A DNA stretch of 36,016 bases from a virus. Taxonomy: Duplodnaviria; Caudoviricetes. Both the position numbers and the translations under genes were made by a program. The stretch spans positions 1 to 36,016 of IMG/VR virus record IMGVR_UViG_3300034053_000055; one strand, written 5' to 3'. The notes below the pieces were generated by a model. That model saw nothing but the letters and a program-made list of their open reading frames with translations, was not told the DNA's origin and searched no databases. Positions 26,237-35,064 of the stretch are shown here, piece after piece (positions within the stretch are counted from its first letter, which is position 1; the number at the start of each line of letters is the position of its first letter).

Positions 26237-26797
26237 GTGTCTGCAGAGATTCCGAGCACTGAGCCGGCCGCACTGCGGATCGGCGACACCTGGAAGTGGA
26301 CCAAGTCGCTCGCCGACTATCCGGCAACGTCCTGGACGCTCAAATACCGATTCAAAACGGCTGCCGGGGGCTTCGAGGTCACCGCCTCGGCCTCCGGCAG
26401 CGACCACGCCATCACCGTCGCGGCCACCACCACCGCCGCGCTGGCCGCCGGCGACTATGGCTGGCTGGCCTGGGTCGAGTCCGGCGCCGAAAAATACACC
26501 GTCGGCGCCGGCACCGTCGAACTGCTGCCGGACTACCGGGCGGCCGATGCCACCGCCGGCCTGGACGACCGCAGCCACGCGCGCAAGATGCTCGACGCCC
26601 TGGAAGCCTGGCTGGAATCCCGCGACCCGGCGGTCGCCGAATACGAAATCGCCGGCCGGCGGATGAAGTACGTCCCGCTGCCCGAGCTGGTGCGCCTGCG
26701 CCAGCGCTATGCCACCGAAGTCGCCAACGAGGTCGCCGCCGCCAAGATCGCCGCAGGCCTCGGCACATCCGGCCGGCGCATCCAGTTCCGGGTGTGA
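26237..26797 (+). CDS. head completion/adaptor protein (gpW-like C-terminus)
   Basis: AEYEIAGRRMKYVPLPELVRLRQRY, between terminase and portal. Confidence 0.7.
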   Translation: MSAEIPSTEPAALRIGDTWKWTKSLADYPATSWTLKYRFKTAAGGFEVTASASGSDHAITVAATTTAALAAGDYGWLAWVESGAEKYTVGAGTVELLPDYRAADATAGLDDRSHARKMLDALEAWLESRDPAVAEYEIAGRRMKYVPLPELVRLRQRYATEVANEVAAAKIAAGLGTSGRRIQFRV

Positions 26798-26798
26798 G

Positions 26799-28301
26799 AT
26801 GGGGATGATCGACACCCTGCGCGCCTGGTTTGCGCCAAAAAAGCGCGCCAGCGACGCCAACTTCGCCGCCACCTTCGGCAGCGGCGCCGGCGGCGGCTTT
26901 GCCGGCGGCGGCGTCTCCCGCCTGACCGCCAGCCTCGCCACCTGGTCTGGCGCCGTCAATCTCGATCTGGATGGCAGCCTGGTGATCCTGCGCGCCCGCG
27001 GCCGGCAGCTGGCGCAGAACAACGAGCATGGCCGCCGGTTCCTGTCCCTGGTCGCCACCAACGTCATCGGCCGCACGGGTCCGAAGCTCCAGGTGCGCGC
27101 CCTGTTCGACCGCCCGGACAAATCCGGCCGCCCGGTCCTCGACAAGGCCGCCAACGATGCGGTCGAGGCGCACTGGGCGCGCTGGAGCGACCACTGCGAC
27201 GTCGGCGGCCGCCTGACCCTGCCGCAGATGATGCGCGTCGCCATCAAGGCCGTGGCGCGGGACGGCGAATCCCTGCTGCGCATCGTCCGCGATGCCGCGC
27301 TTCCCTGCGGCATCGGCCTGCAGCTGCTCGAAGCCGACCGGCTCGACGAATCCATCAATGTGATCGTCACCGACCGTGGCACCACCATCCGCCAGGGGGT
27401 CGAGATCAACCGCTACGGCCGGCCGGTGGCCTACTGGATCAAGACCGCCCACCCCGGCGAGCGCTATGGCGCCAGCGCCTACGACGTCGAGCGGGTGGAT
27501 GCCCGCGACGTCCTGCACCTCTACCTGCCCGAGCGCGCCGAGCAGCTGCGCGGCTATACCTGGTTCCATGCCGTTCTGCTGCGCCAGCACCAGCTGCACG
27601 GCTTCAACGACGCGGCGGTCCTCGCGGCGCGCATCGGCGCGAGCAAGATCGCCGCCCTGGAGCGCAGCGAGGACGCGCCCGACTCCACCGCGCAGATGGC
27701 CGACGCCCAGAGCGGCGGCGCCATGCAGATGAACGTCGAGGCCGGCGAGCTCTTCGAGCTGCCGCCAGGGTACAAGCTCAACTCCTGGAACCCCGAATAC
27801 CCGCACGCGAATTTCGAGAGCTTCGTCAAGGCCGCCCTGCGCGGCGTGGCCACCGGCCTCGATGTCGCCACGCACAACCTCACCGGCGACATGACCGACG
27901 TCAATTACAGCTCGGCGCGCATCGCCGAACTGGCCGAGCGGGAAATGTGGATCGTGCTGCAGGACTGGTGGGTCGCCGCCATGGTGCAGCCGATCTACCG
28001 GCAGTGGGCCGCCAGCGCCTTTCTGCGCGGCGACGTCACCTTCCCGAGCGGCAGCGTCCTGCCCGCCGAAAAGCTCAACAAGTTCATCGACGCCAGCCGC
28101 TTCCAGGGCCGCCGCTGGGGCTGGGTCGATCCGGTCAAGGAGGTCAAGGCCTTCTCCGAGGGGCTGGCGGCCCGCGTCACCAGCCGCACCCGGATCTGCG
28201 CCGAGCAGGGCGACGACTTTGACGACATCCTCGACGAACTGGCCGCCGAAGAAGATGCGCTGGCCAAGGCCTTCGCCGCCCCGGAACCGGGGGCCGCATG
28301 A
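26799..28301 (+). CDS. portal protein, lambda family
   Basis: RGRQLAQNN, DGE, LQLLEADRL, RGYTWF, DVNYSSAR, WVDPVKE. Confidence 0.92.
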   Translation: MGMIDTLRAWFAPKKRASDANFAATFGSGAGGGFAGGGVSRLTASLATWSGAVNLDLDGSLVILRARGRQLAQNNEHGRRFLSLVATNVIGRTGPKLQVRALFDRPDKSGRPVLDKAANDAVEAHWARWSDHCDVGGRLTLPQMMRVAIKAVARDGESLLRIVRDAALPCGIGLQLLEADRLDESINVIVTDRGTTIRQGVEINRYGRPVAYWIKTAHPGERYGASAYDVERVDARDVLHLYLPERAEQLRGYTWFHAVLLRQHQLHGFNDAAVLAARIGASKIAALERSEDAPDSTAQMADAQSGGAMQMNVEAGELFELPPGYKLNSWNPEYPHANFESFVKAALRGVATGLDVATHNLTGDMTDVNYSSARIAELAEREMWIVLQDWWVAAMVQPIYRQWAASAFLRGDVTFPSGSVLPAEKLNKFIDASRFQGRRWGWVDPVKEVKAFSEGLAARVTSRTRICAEQGDDFDDILDELAAEEDALAKAFAAPEPGAA

Positions 28302-29008
28302 TCTGCGAAGCCGCCCGCACCCTCATCAAGCAGTCCGAAGGCCTGCGCCTGCGTGCCTATTTGTGCCCGGCGGGCGTGCCCACCATCGGCTACGGACACA
28401 CCCGCAGCGTCACCGCCGAGGATGTCCGGCTGGCGCGCAAGATCCGCCTCGACGAAGCCGAAGCGCTACTCGACCAGGACCTCGCCGAGTTCGATGACCT
28501 GGTGCGCCTGTGCTGCACCGTGCCGGCGAACGAAAATCAGCATGGCGCCATGGTCTCGTTGGCCTTCAACATCGGCGCCGAGGGCTTCCGTAAGTCCTCG
28601 GTTCTGCGCGCCCACAACCGCGGCGACTGGGCCATCGCCGCCCAGGCGTTCAGTCTCTGGAACAAGGCCACGGTCGGCGGCCGGAAGGTTGTGCTGCCCG
28701 GCCTGGTGGCCCGCCGCGCCGCCGAGGCGGCGCTGTACCTTCAGCCGGTCGGTCCGGTCGATCACCGGCCCATGCCGCAGGCCGTCGAGCCCGAGAAGCC
28801 GATGGCGCAAAGCTCGATCATGCAGGGCGGCGTCATCACCGCCGCCGCCTCCGCCCTGGCCACGCTCTCCGAGGCCGCCCGGCATTTCGCCGACATCCGC
28901 AGCCACCTTGGCGATGTGTTCCCGCAGGTGGCCCTGCTCGTCACCCTGGTCGCCGGCTGCTGGATCATCTGGCAGCGCTGGCGGCAGCGCGCGGAAGGGG
29001 TCGCCTGA
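28298..29008 (+). CDS. endolysin, lysozyme GH24, with C-terminal hydrophobic segments
   Basis: EGLRLRAYLCPAGVPTIGYGHT...AFNIG...GLVARRAAE. Confidence 0.9.
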   Translation: MICEAARTLIKQSEGLRLRAYLCPAGVPTIGYGHTRSVTAEDVRLARKIRLDEAEALLDQDLAEFDDLVRLCCTVPANENQHGAMVSLAFNIGAEGFRKSSVLRAHNRGDWAIAAQAFSLWNKATVGGRKVVLPGLVARRAAEAALYLQPVGPVDHRPMPQAVEPEKPMAQSSIMQGGVITAAASALATLSEAARHFADIRSHLGDVFPQVALLVTLVAGCWIIWQRWRQRAEGVA

Positions 29009-29607
29009 TGCGCGCCACGCTCGCCGCCTTCGCCGCCGGCCTGCTGCTCGCCCTGGCCATCTGGGCCCTGTGGCCGGCCCCGGCGCCGATCGTCGAAACG
29101 GCCGCCCCGGAAGTGCGGCAGGACGACGGCTCGGTCATCCTCGAACGCCAGCCGACCACCCCGGACGCCACGCCCGCGCAGGCGGTGCCCAAGGGCGCCA
29201 AGGTCGAGCGCGTCGTGCAGGTCAAGGTCCAGCCCCACCGCCCGGCGCCGCTGCCGGCCGGCGACGGCCTCAAGCCCGCCGGGCCGCTCATTGACATTCC
29301 GCCCTGCCCGCCGGTCACGGTGGATATGACCCTGCTGCGCGAGCCTGACGGCAGCCGCCGCGTCGTCGCCAGCAGCCCGGACGGCCGGATCGTCGGCGGC
29401 GTCGACATTCCCGTCGAGACCCCGCCGCCGCCCGCCGCGCGTCGCTGGGCCGCCGGCCTCAGTCTCGACCCGATCCACCAGACCCCCGGTGTCTGGCTGG
29501 AGCGCGACCTGATGCGCCTCCGGGTCGGCGTCGAGATCAACCAGATCGCCACGCGCAATGCCGGCCGCGAAGGCGAGATCCGGCTGCGCGTCGGCATCGT
29601 GTTCTAG
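29008..29607 (+). CDS. membrane-anchored lysis-module protein (possible spanin)
   Basis: N-terminal TM segment, Pro-rich middle, C-terminal amphipathic beta strands ending in Phe. Follows the endolysin. Confidence 0.5.
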   Translation: MRATLAAFAAGLLLALAIWALWPAPAPIVETAAPEVRQDDGSVILERQPTTPDATPAQAVPKGAKVERVVQVKVQPHRPAPLPAGDGLKPAGPLIDIPPCPPVTVDMTLLREPDGSRRVVASSPDGRIVGGVDIPVETPPPPAARRWAAGLSLDPIHQTPGVWLERDLMRLRVGVEINQIATRNAGREGEIRLRVGIVF

Positions 29608-29616
29608 GAGGCGCCG

Positions 29617-29967
29617 ATGAGCCCCAGAACCAGCAAAAAAGCCGCAGAGATCGACGACATGGAACTCCGGGAAATGCTTGTCACCCACATCGCCGCCGAA
29701 GAAACCCGGCTCGACACCATCATCCGCGCCCTGTTCATCATCGGCAGCCTGAGCACGATGATTCTTGCCTCATGGGGCTGGGTGTATTTCGAGGACCGCG
29801 CCGACAACAAGGCCGCCAGGGCGCTGCAGAACGAGATGATGAGCACGATCAAGACGATGCTGCTGCGGCATGAAGAGCTGGAAAAAGACGTGCGCCGGGA
29901 GTTCGACCGCGTCGAAAAGCAACTCGACAACAAAGCACCGAAACACAACTGGCAGGCGCCAGGCTAA
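29617..29967 (+). CDS. putative holin/membrane protein
   Basis: One TM segment (ALFIIGSLSTMILASWGWVYF) plus coiled coil, in the lysis cluster. Confidence 0.45.
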   Translation: MSPRTSKKAAEIDDMELREMLVTHIAAEETRLDTIIRALFIIGSLSTMILASWGWVYFEDRADNKAARALQNEMMSTIKTMLLRHEELEKDVRREFDRVEKQLDNKAPKHNWQAPG

Positions 29968-29977
29968 AGGAGACACC

Positions 29978-30190
29978 ATGAAAATCGAATGCCTCACCAC
30001 CTTCCTCGATGGCACCGACCGCTTCGAGGCCGGCGACATCCGCACCGTCGATGACGAGCGCGGCGCCCGCCTGGTCGGCAACGGCTGGGCCAAGGACACT
30101 GCCGGCCGCGTCGCCACCGGCGCCCCCGGCGGCAACGCCGACCTGAACATCGACAACAGCCGGCTCGGCCTGGGAGACAATCATGGGTAA
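29978..30190 (+). CDS. small virion-associated hypothetical protein
   Basis: AAGGAG RBS. FEAGDIRTVDDERGARLVGNGWA motif typical of head-region small proteins. Confidence 0.6.
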   Translation: MKIECLTTFLDGTDRFEAGDIRTVDDERGARLVGNGWAKDTAGRVATGAPGGNADLNIDNSRLGLGDNHG

Positions 30191-30563
30191 GGCCGCACAT
30201 GACGACATGATCGACGGCGCGCTGAACATCCTCAAAAACAACGTCACGCGCCAGGTCGCCTGCTCCGCGCAGCCGACCACCTACACCGAGGCCAACGCCA
30301 CCTACGCGCTGGCCGACGTGACGTTGGCCGGTACGGATTTCACCAACGCGAACGGCGACACCAACGGCCGCAAGACCACCGTCGCCGCGAAGTCCTCCGT
30401 GCTGATCGACACCACCGGCACCGCGACCCACATCGCGCTGCTCGATGTGGCGAACAGCAAACTCCTGTACGTCACCACCTGCACCAGCCAGGCTTTGACC
30501 GCCAACGGCAGCAATACGGTCAATTTCCCGGCTTGGGATATCGAAATCGGCGATCCAGTCTGA
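30183..30563 (+). CDS. putative virion structural protein
   Basis: Beta-rich, TGTATHIAL...NTVNFPAWDIEI, coupled. Confidence 0.6.
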   Translation: MGKAAHDDMIDGALNILKNNVTRQVACSAQPTTYTEANATYALADVTLAGTDFTNANGDTNGRKTTVAAKSSVLIDTTGTATHIALLDVANSKLLYVTTCTSQALTANGSNTVNFPAWDIEIGDPV

Positions 30564-30565
30564 TC

Positions 30566-30955
30566 ATGAGTCTGCGCGACGAAATCCTCGCCTCCGGCCT
30601 GCCACTGGACGATCACGGCGCCATTGCCGCGGCGCTGTCGGTCGGCCGCGCCAAAATCACCTCGCGGATGATCGGGGTCGGCACCATCCTCGCCGTGTTC
30701 GGCGGCGTCGGCGGGCAGTTCCTCGACGCCCTGCAGGCGGCCGGCGAGAGCAACCGCGACCTGCACTGGCTGCTCCAGTCGAACATCATGCGCGGCGAGT
30801 TCGACGTGGGCGACCGGGCCAGCCGCGCCGGCATGCAGGCGCTGGCGGCAGCGATGCCGCCCTTCGCCGCCGGCATCAACGCCCTGCTGGCCCTGGCCGA
30901 GGTTCCCGACCCGGTGAGCAGCCAGGAGGTCACCCGCGCCCTGGAGGGACTCTAA
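30566..30955 (+). CDS. hypothetical protein
   Basis: 129 aa Ala-rich ORF within the operon. Confidence 0.55.
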   Translation: MSLRDEILASGLPLDDHGAIAAALSVGRAKITSRMIGVGTILAVFGGVGGQFLDALQAAGESNRDLHWLLQSNIMRGEFDVGDRASRAGMQALAAAMPPFAAGINALLALAEVPDPVSSQEVTRALEGL

Positions 30956-31411
30956 ATGGCCACCATCACCGCCGTCGTCGGCACGCGCACCAGCCTCACC
31001 ACCACCGCCCTGGACTCGCTGGCCAACGGCACCTACGTCTCGGCCGGCACGCTGAACCACACGACCAACGATCCGCTGGACGTGCTGATCGAGGTCAAGG
31101 TCACGCCAGGCACCGTCAGCGGCAACAAGCAGGTTGTGGTGTTCGCTCAGAAATCGCTCGACGGTACAAACTTTGAATCCGGCCCGACCAGCGGCACGAC
31201 GACGACCGACGAGCCGAACCTGGCTTTTGTCGGCGTGGTGCCGTGCAACAGCAACAGCACCGCGCAGACGCGGGTGTTCTCCCTCGCCGCCGCGTTTGGC
31301 GGCACGCTGCCGCAGCAGACCAAGATCATCGTCAAAAACGACAGCGGCGCCGCGCTGGCGGCATCCGGGCACCACGTCTACTACTCCGAAGTCACCGGCA
31401 ATTCGGCCTAA
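30956..31411 (+). CDS. putative virion structural protein
   Basis: GGAGG RBS. LDSLANG...SLDGTNF...KIIVKNDSGAAL beta-sandwich-like sequence. Confidence 0.6.
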   Translation: MATITAVVGTRTSLTTTALDSLANGTYVSAGTLNHTTNDPLDVLIEVKVTPGTVSGNKQVVVFAQKSLDGTNFESGPTSGTTTTDEPNLAFVGVVPCNSNSTAQTRVFSLAAAFGGTLPQQTKIIVKNDSGAALAASGHHVYYSEVTGNSA

Positions 31412-31414
31412 GCG

Positions 31415-32713
31415 ATGGCGCTGCTGCTGACCCCGCGCATCTGGACTAGCCAGCCGCAGGGATATGTCCCTGTAAGCGATCCAGCATGGAAGTGCGTAAT
31501 CAATCCGGCCGTTGCGGATTTGCGGAGTTTGTCCTATCCGCCGATTGCATATACCTCGTCTGGGACAGTGCGTGGGGGTATTCCTGGACGAGTTCGGAAC
31601 AATAATTCGACTAGCTCGGTTACCAACCTGATAACTCCGGTGTCTGTTCCTGGTGGATCAGATTTCACCGCAGTCATGGTGCTTAGCCCAGTTAGCGCCC
31701 TCACCTATAACGGTGGATTTTTCAGGTCTGCAACCGGTGGGGATACATTTTGTGTGATTAAAACCGGCACATGGGGTAATTTGCCCTTTGTCAGGTTGAA
31801 TACTGTTACCGTTCTTAATGCCTCATCCGGGCCGGCCGTGCCAAATGGTCGGCTTGTTACTGTCGTATTCACGGTTAGGTCTGGTAAATCCGTTCAGGTG
31901 GCGTGGGATGGAGCGATACAGCATAACGCAACTTTTTCAACTACAACCCCCGCTTTTACCTTTACAACGGTCGGCCACCAGGGTAACGAACCCGCTGGGG
32001 ATTACGCCCTTTTTTCCTTCGCCACCCAAGCGTTTGATGCAGCGAGTCTCTCCGCTAATCCCTGGCAAATCTTCGCCCCGCAACAACGGCGGATATTCAT
32101 CCCGGCGGCGACGGGTGGGGGCACCAGTACCAGTCTCGTCATCGCCGACGCCACCCACGGCCATGCAGCGGACAATCTCACGCTCAGCGCCACCGGCTCC
32201 ACGAGCCTGGTGGTTGCAGATGCGAGCCACGCCCACACCGCCGAATCGCCTGGGCTATCAACGCAGTTGCTCCTTGCTGTTGCGGATGCCGCGCATGCGC
32301 AGGCCGCCGACAACCTCACCCTTACCGTCAGCGGCTCGACGGACCTGACGGTGGCCGATGCCGCGCACGCCCATGCGGCCGACGCGCCCACGCTCTCGAC
32401 CGACTGGCTGCTGTCGGTGGCCGACGCGGCACACGCGCACGCGGCGGATAACGTCGCGCTGTCGCTGATCCCGGAGCTGGTGATCGCGGACAGTCTGCAT
32501 GGGCATGTGGCCGATGGACCGAGCCTTACCCTCTCGACCTGGCTGGCCGTGGCCGATGCCACCCATGCCCACCGCGCCGACAACGTCGCGCTCACCCTGC
32601 CGGGGGCCACCCCCACCTGGGCGCGCCTGCGCAGCACCCTGGCGCGCCGGGCCCGCCTGACGCCGGGCGCCCGCCGGGCCGCCGCCCTGACCACGGAGAT
32701 TGCCCATGTCTGA
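31415..32713 (+). CDS. putative fibre/adhesin: lectin(LamG)-like domain plus His-containing repeats
   Basis: Low-GC beta-rich domain ending LSANPWQIF, then 7 repeats of L.VADA.H.H.ADN..L. Confidence 0.6.
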   Translation: MALLLTPRIWTSQPQGYVPVSDPAWKCVINPAVADLRSLSYPPIAYTSSGTVRGGIPGRVRNNNSTSSVTNLITPVSVPGGSDFTAVMVLSPVSALTYNGGFFRSATGGDTFCVIKTGTWGNLPFVRLNTVTVLNASSGPAVPNGRLVTVVFTVRSGKSVQVAWDGAIQHNATFSTTTPAFTFTTVGHQGNEPAGDYALFSFATQAFDAASLSANPWQIFAPQQRRIFIPAATGGGTSTSLVIADATHGHAADNLTLSATGSTSLVVADASHAHTAESPGLSTQLLLAVADAAHAQAADNLTLTVSGSTDLTVADAAHAHAADAPTLSTDWLLSVADAAHAHAADNVALSLIPELVIADSLHGHVADGPSLTLSTWLAVADATHAHRADNVALTLPGATPTWARLRSTLARRARLTPGARRAAALTTEIAHV

Positions 32714-33002
32714 CACCTGGATCGCCGGCGAAACGGCGCGCATTTCCCTCAGCGTCGCCGACACCACCGGCGCCGCCGTCGACCCCTCCGTGCTGCGCCT
32801 CAAAGTGCGCGACCCGGGCGGGACCGTCACCACCTACACCTACGGCAGCGACGCCGAAGTCGTCCGCGCCGCGCTCGGCGACTACTACGCCGACCTCCCG
32901 CTCGATGTCGCCGGCCGCTGGGCCTGGCGCTGGGAGGCCGAAACGCCCTCCGGCGTCGCGGAATCGTCGCAGCAGGTCACGGCCAGCGCCGTGGTCGGCT
33001 GA
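32706..33002 (+). CDS. small Ig-like structural protein
   Basis: GETARISLSV...VRDPGG...GDYYADL..DVAGRWAWRWE. Confidence 0.6.
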   Translation: MSDTWIAGETARISLSVADTTGAAVDPSVLRLKVRDPGGTVTTYTYGSDAEVVRAALGDYYADLPLDVAGRWAWRWEAETPSGVAESSQQVTASAVVG

Positions 33003-33070
33003 CAGGAAATTTTTTGCCTTAACTTCGTCCCTGCCGGGCGGCATCCTGCGGCCATCCTCAAGGAGGCCGC
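32998..33070 (+). repeat. 73-bp direct repeat copy 2 (putative late promoter and RBS)
   Basis: 71/73 identical to 26164-26236, immediately before the capsid ATG. Confidence 0.9.
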
Positions 33071-34984
33071 ATGTACCAGCGAAACGCCACCATCGATCAG
33101 CGCGCTGCCGACGAAGACGGCCTGATCACCATCGCCATCAGCACCGAGGCGCCTTACGAGCGCTGGTTCGGCATCGAGGTCCTGTCGCACCGCGCCGATG
33201 CCGTCGATATGACGCGCATCGCCGACGGCCGCCACCCGCTGCTCCTCAATCACGACACCGACCGCCAGATCGGCAAGGTCGAACGCGCCTGGATCGGCGA
33301 CGACCGCGTCCTGCGCGGCGCCGTGCGCTTCTCCCGCGGCCCGCTCGGCCAGGAGATCCGCCAGGACGTCGAGGACGGCATCCGCGGCCTGGTGTCGGTC
33401 GGCTACCTCATCGACGAGATCGAGGAGGTCGACGACGAAGGCAAGAGCCTGCGCACCCTGAGCGGCGAGGCCTTCGCCGCCGAAATGCGCGCCCAATACG
33501 GCGACGACTTTTACCGCAGCGGCCTGGCGGCTGCGCGCGGCAAAGGCGAGAAGCCGCCCACGTTCGTCGTGACCCGATGGACGCCCTTCGAGGCGTCCAT
33601 CGTGCCTGTGCCGGCGGACGTCAATGCAGGGGTCGGCCGTTCGGCTGGCGCCGCGCCCGTCCCCGCCCCCGCACAGGCTGCACCCACCCCCGCCCCCATC
33701 CAGGAGATCCGAATCATGAGCGAACCCACCCCCAAGACGCCGGCCGAACTCGAAATCGAACGGCGTGACGGCATTGCCGCCCTGGCCGAGAACTACGCCG
33801 AGTGGCTCAAGCCGAACGACGCCGCCGATGCCGTGCGCAACGCACGCAGCGTCGAGCAGTTCAAGGAATTGATCATGGAGCGCATGCGCTCCCGCCACAC
33901 CGACACCAGCGGCATGGCCATCGGCATGACCGCCGGCGAGGTGCAGCGCTACAGCTTCGGCCGCGCCCTGGTCGCCGCCCTGACCGGCGACTGGCGCAAG
34001 GCCGGCCTCGAACTGGAGTGCTCCCGCGCCGTCGAGCAGATCATGGGTCGCGCGCCCGAAGGTTTCTTCGTGCCATTCGACTATCTCTCCAAGCGCGATT
34101 TCAACGTCGGCACCGCCACCGAAGCCGGCAACCTGGTCGCCACCAATCTGCGCCCGGACATGTACGTCGACGCGCTGCGCGCCAACATGGTCATGGGCCA
34201 GCTCGGCATCACCGTCCTCGCCGGCCTGTCGGCCAACGTCGACCTGCCGCGCAAGGCGACCGCCGGGACGCTGGGCATGCTGACGGAAATTGGCTCGGCC
34301 TCCGAAACCGCCCTGGCCACCGCCAAGGCGACCCTGTCGCCCAAGCGGATCGGCGCCTACACCGAGGTCTCCAAGCAGGCCCTGATCCAGTCGGCCATGG
34401 CCCTGGAAGGCCTGATCCGTGACGACCTGGTCACCGGCGCCGCCGTCCTGCTCGAATACCAGGCCATCAACGGCGCCGGCACCGGCGCGGAGATCAAGGG
34501 CCTGCGCAACGTCACCGGCATCGGCACCGTCGCCGGCGGCACCAACGGTCTCGCCCCGGCCTGGTCGCACTTCGTCGATCTCGAATCGGCCTGCGCCAAC
34601 GCCAACGCCGAGCCGGACCGCTTCTCCGGCTACCTGACCAACACCAAGGTTCGCGGCAAGCTTAAGCAGACCCAGTTCGCCACCAACCTGCCCTTCATCT
34701 GGCAGAACGGCCCGACGCCGATCAACGGCTACCGCGCCGCGGTGACCAACAACGTGCCGAGCACCCTGACCAAGGGCACCAGCACCACGGTCTGCTCCTC
34801 GACGCTGTTCGGCTCGGACTGGAGCATGGCGGTCATCGGCCTGTTCGGCGCGCCGGATGTGGTGGTCGATCCATACACCAAGGCCGACACCGGCCAGGTC
34901 AAGATCACCCTCAACCAGTTCGCCGACCTGCAGCACCGGCAGCCGGCCACGCTGGCGAAGATCGACGACCTGCTCGCGGGCTGA
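33071..34984 (+). CDS. prohead protease-major capsid protein fusion (HK97 fold)
   Basis: PLLLNHD..QIG, VSVGY, EASIVPVPAD protease motifs, then GNLVATNL...LSPKRIGAYTEVSKQAL capsid domain. Confidence 0.9.
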   Translation: MYQRNATIDQRAADEDGLITIAISTEAPYERWFGIEVLSHRADAVDMTRIADGRHPLLLNHDTDRQIGKVERAWIGDDRVLRGAVRFSRGPLGQEIRQDVEDGIRGLVSVGYLIDEIEEVDDEGKSLRTLSGEAFAAEMRAQYGDDFYRSGLAAARGKGEKPPTFVVTRWTPFEASIVPVPADVNAGVGRSAGAAPVPAPAQAAPTPAPIQEIRIMSEPTPKTPAELEIERRDGIAALAENYAEWLKPNDAADAVRNARSVEQFKELIMERMRSRHTDTSGMAIGMTAGEVQRYSFGRALVAALTGDWRKAGLELECSRAVEQIMGRAPEGFFVPFDYLSKRDFNVGTATEAGNLVATNLRPDMYVDALRANMVMGQLGITVLAGLSANVDLPRKATAGTLGMLTEIGSASETALATAKATLSPKRIGAYTEVSKQALIQSAMALEGLIRDDLVTGAAVLLEYQAINGAGTGAEIKGLRNVTGIGTVAGGTNGLAPAWSHFVDLESACANANAEPDRFSGYLTNTKVRGKLKQTQFATNLPFIWQNGPTPINGYRAAVTNNVPSTLTKGTSTTVCSSTLFGSDWSMAVIGLFGAPDVVVDPYTKADTGQVKITLNQFADLQHRQPATLAKIDDLLAG

Positions 34985-35064
34985 TGGCGAGATCCACGCA
35001 ACCCGCCCCGCGGAAGCCCGGCCCGGCGCCGGTCTTCCCGTGGTGGGGCCACTACCCGACATGA
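34984..35064 (+). CDS. 26-aa mini-ORF coupling the capsid gene to the MTase-GT gene
   Basis: TGATG overlap with the capsid stop and ATGA overlap with the next start. Confidence 0.35.
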   Translation: MARSTQPAPRKPGPAPVFPWWGHYPT

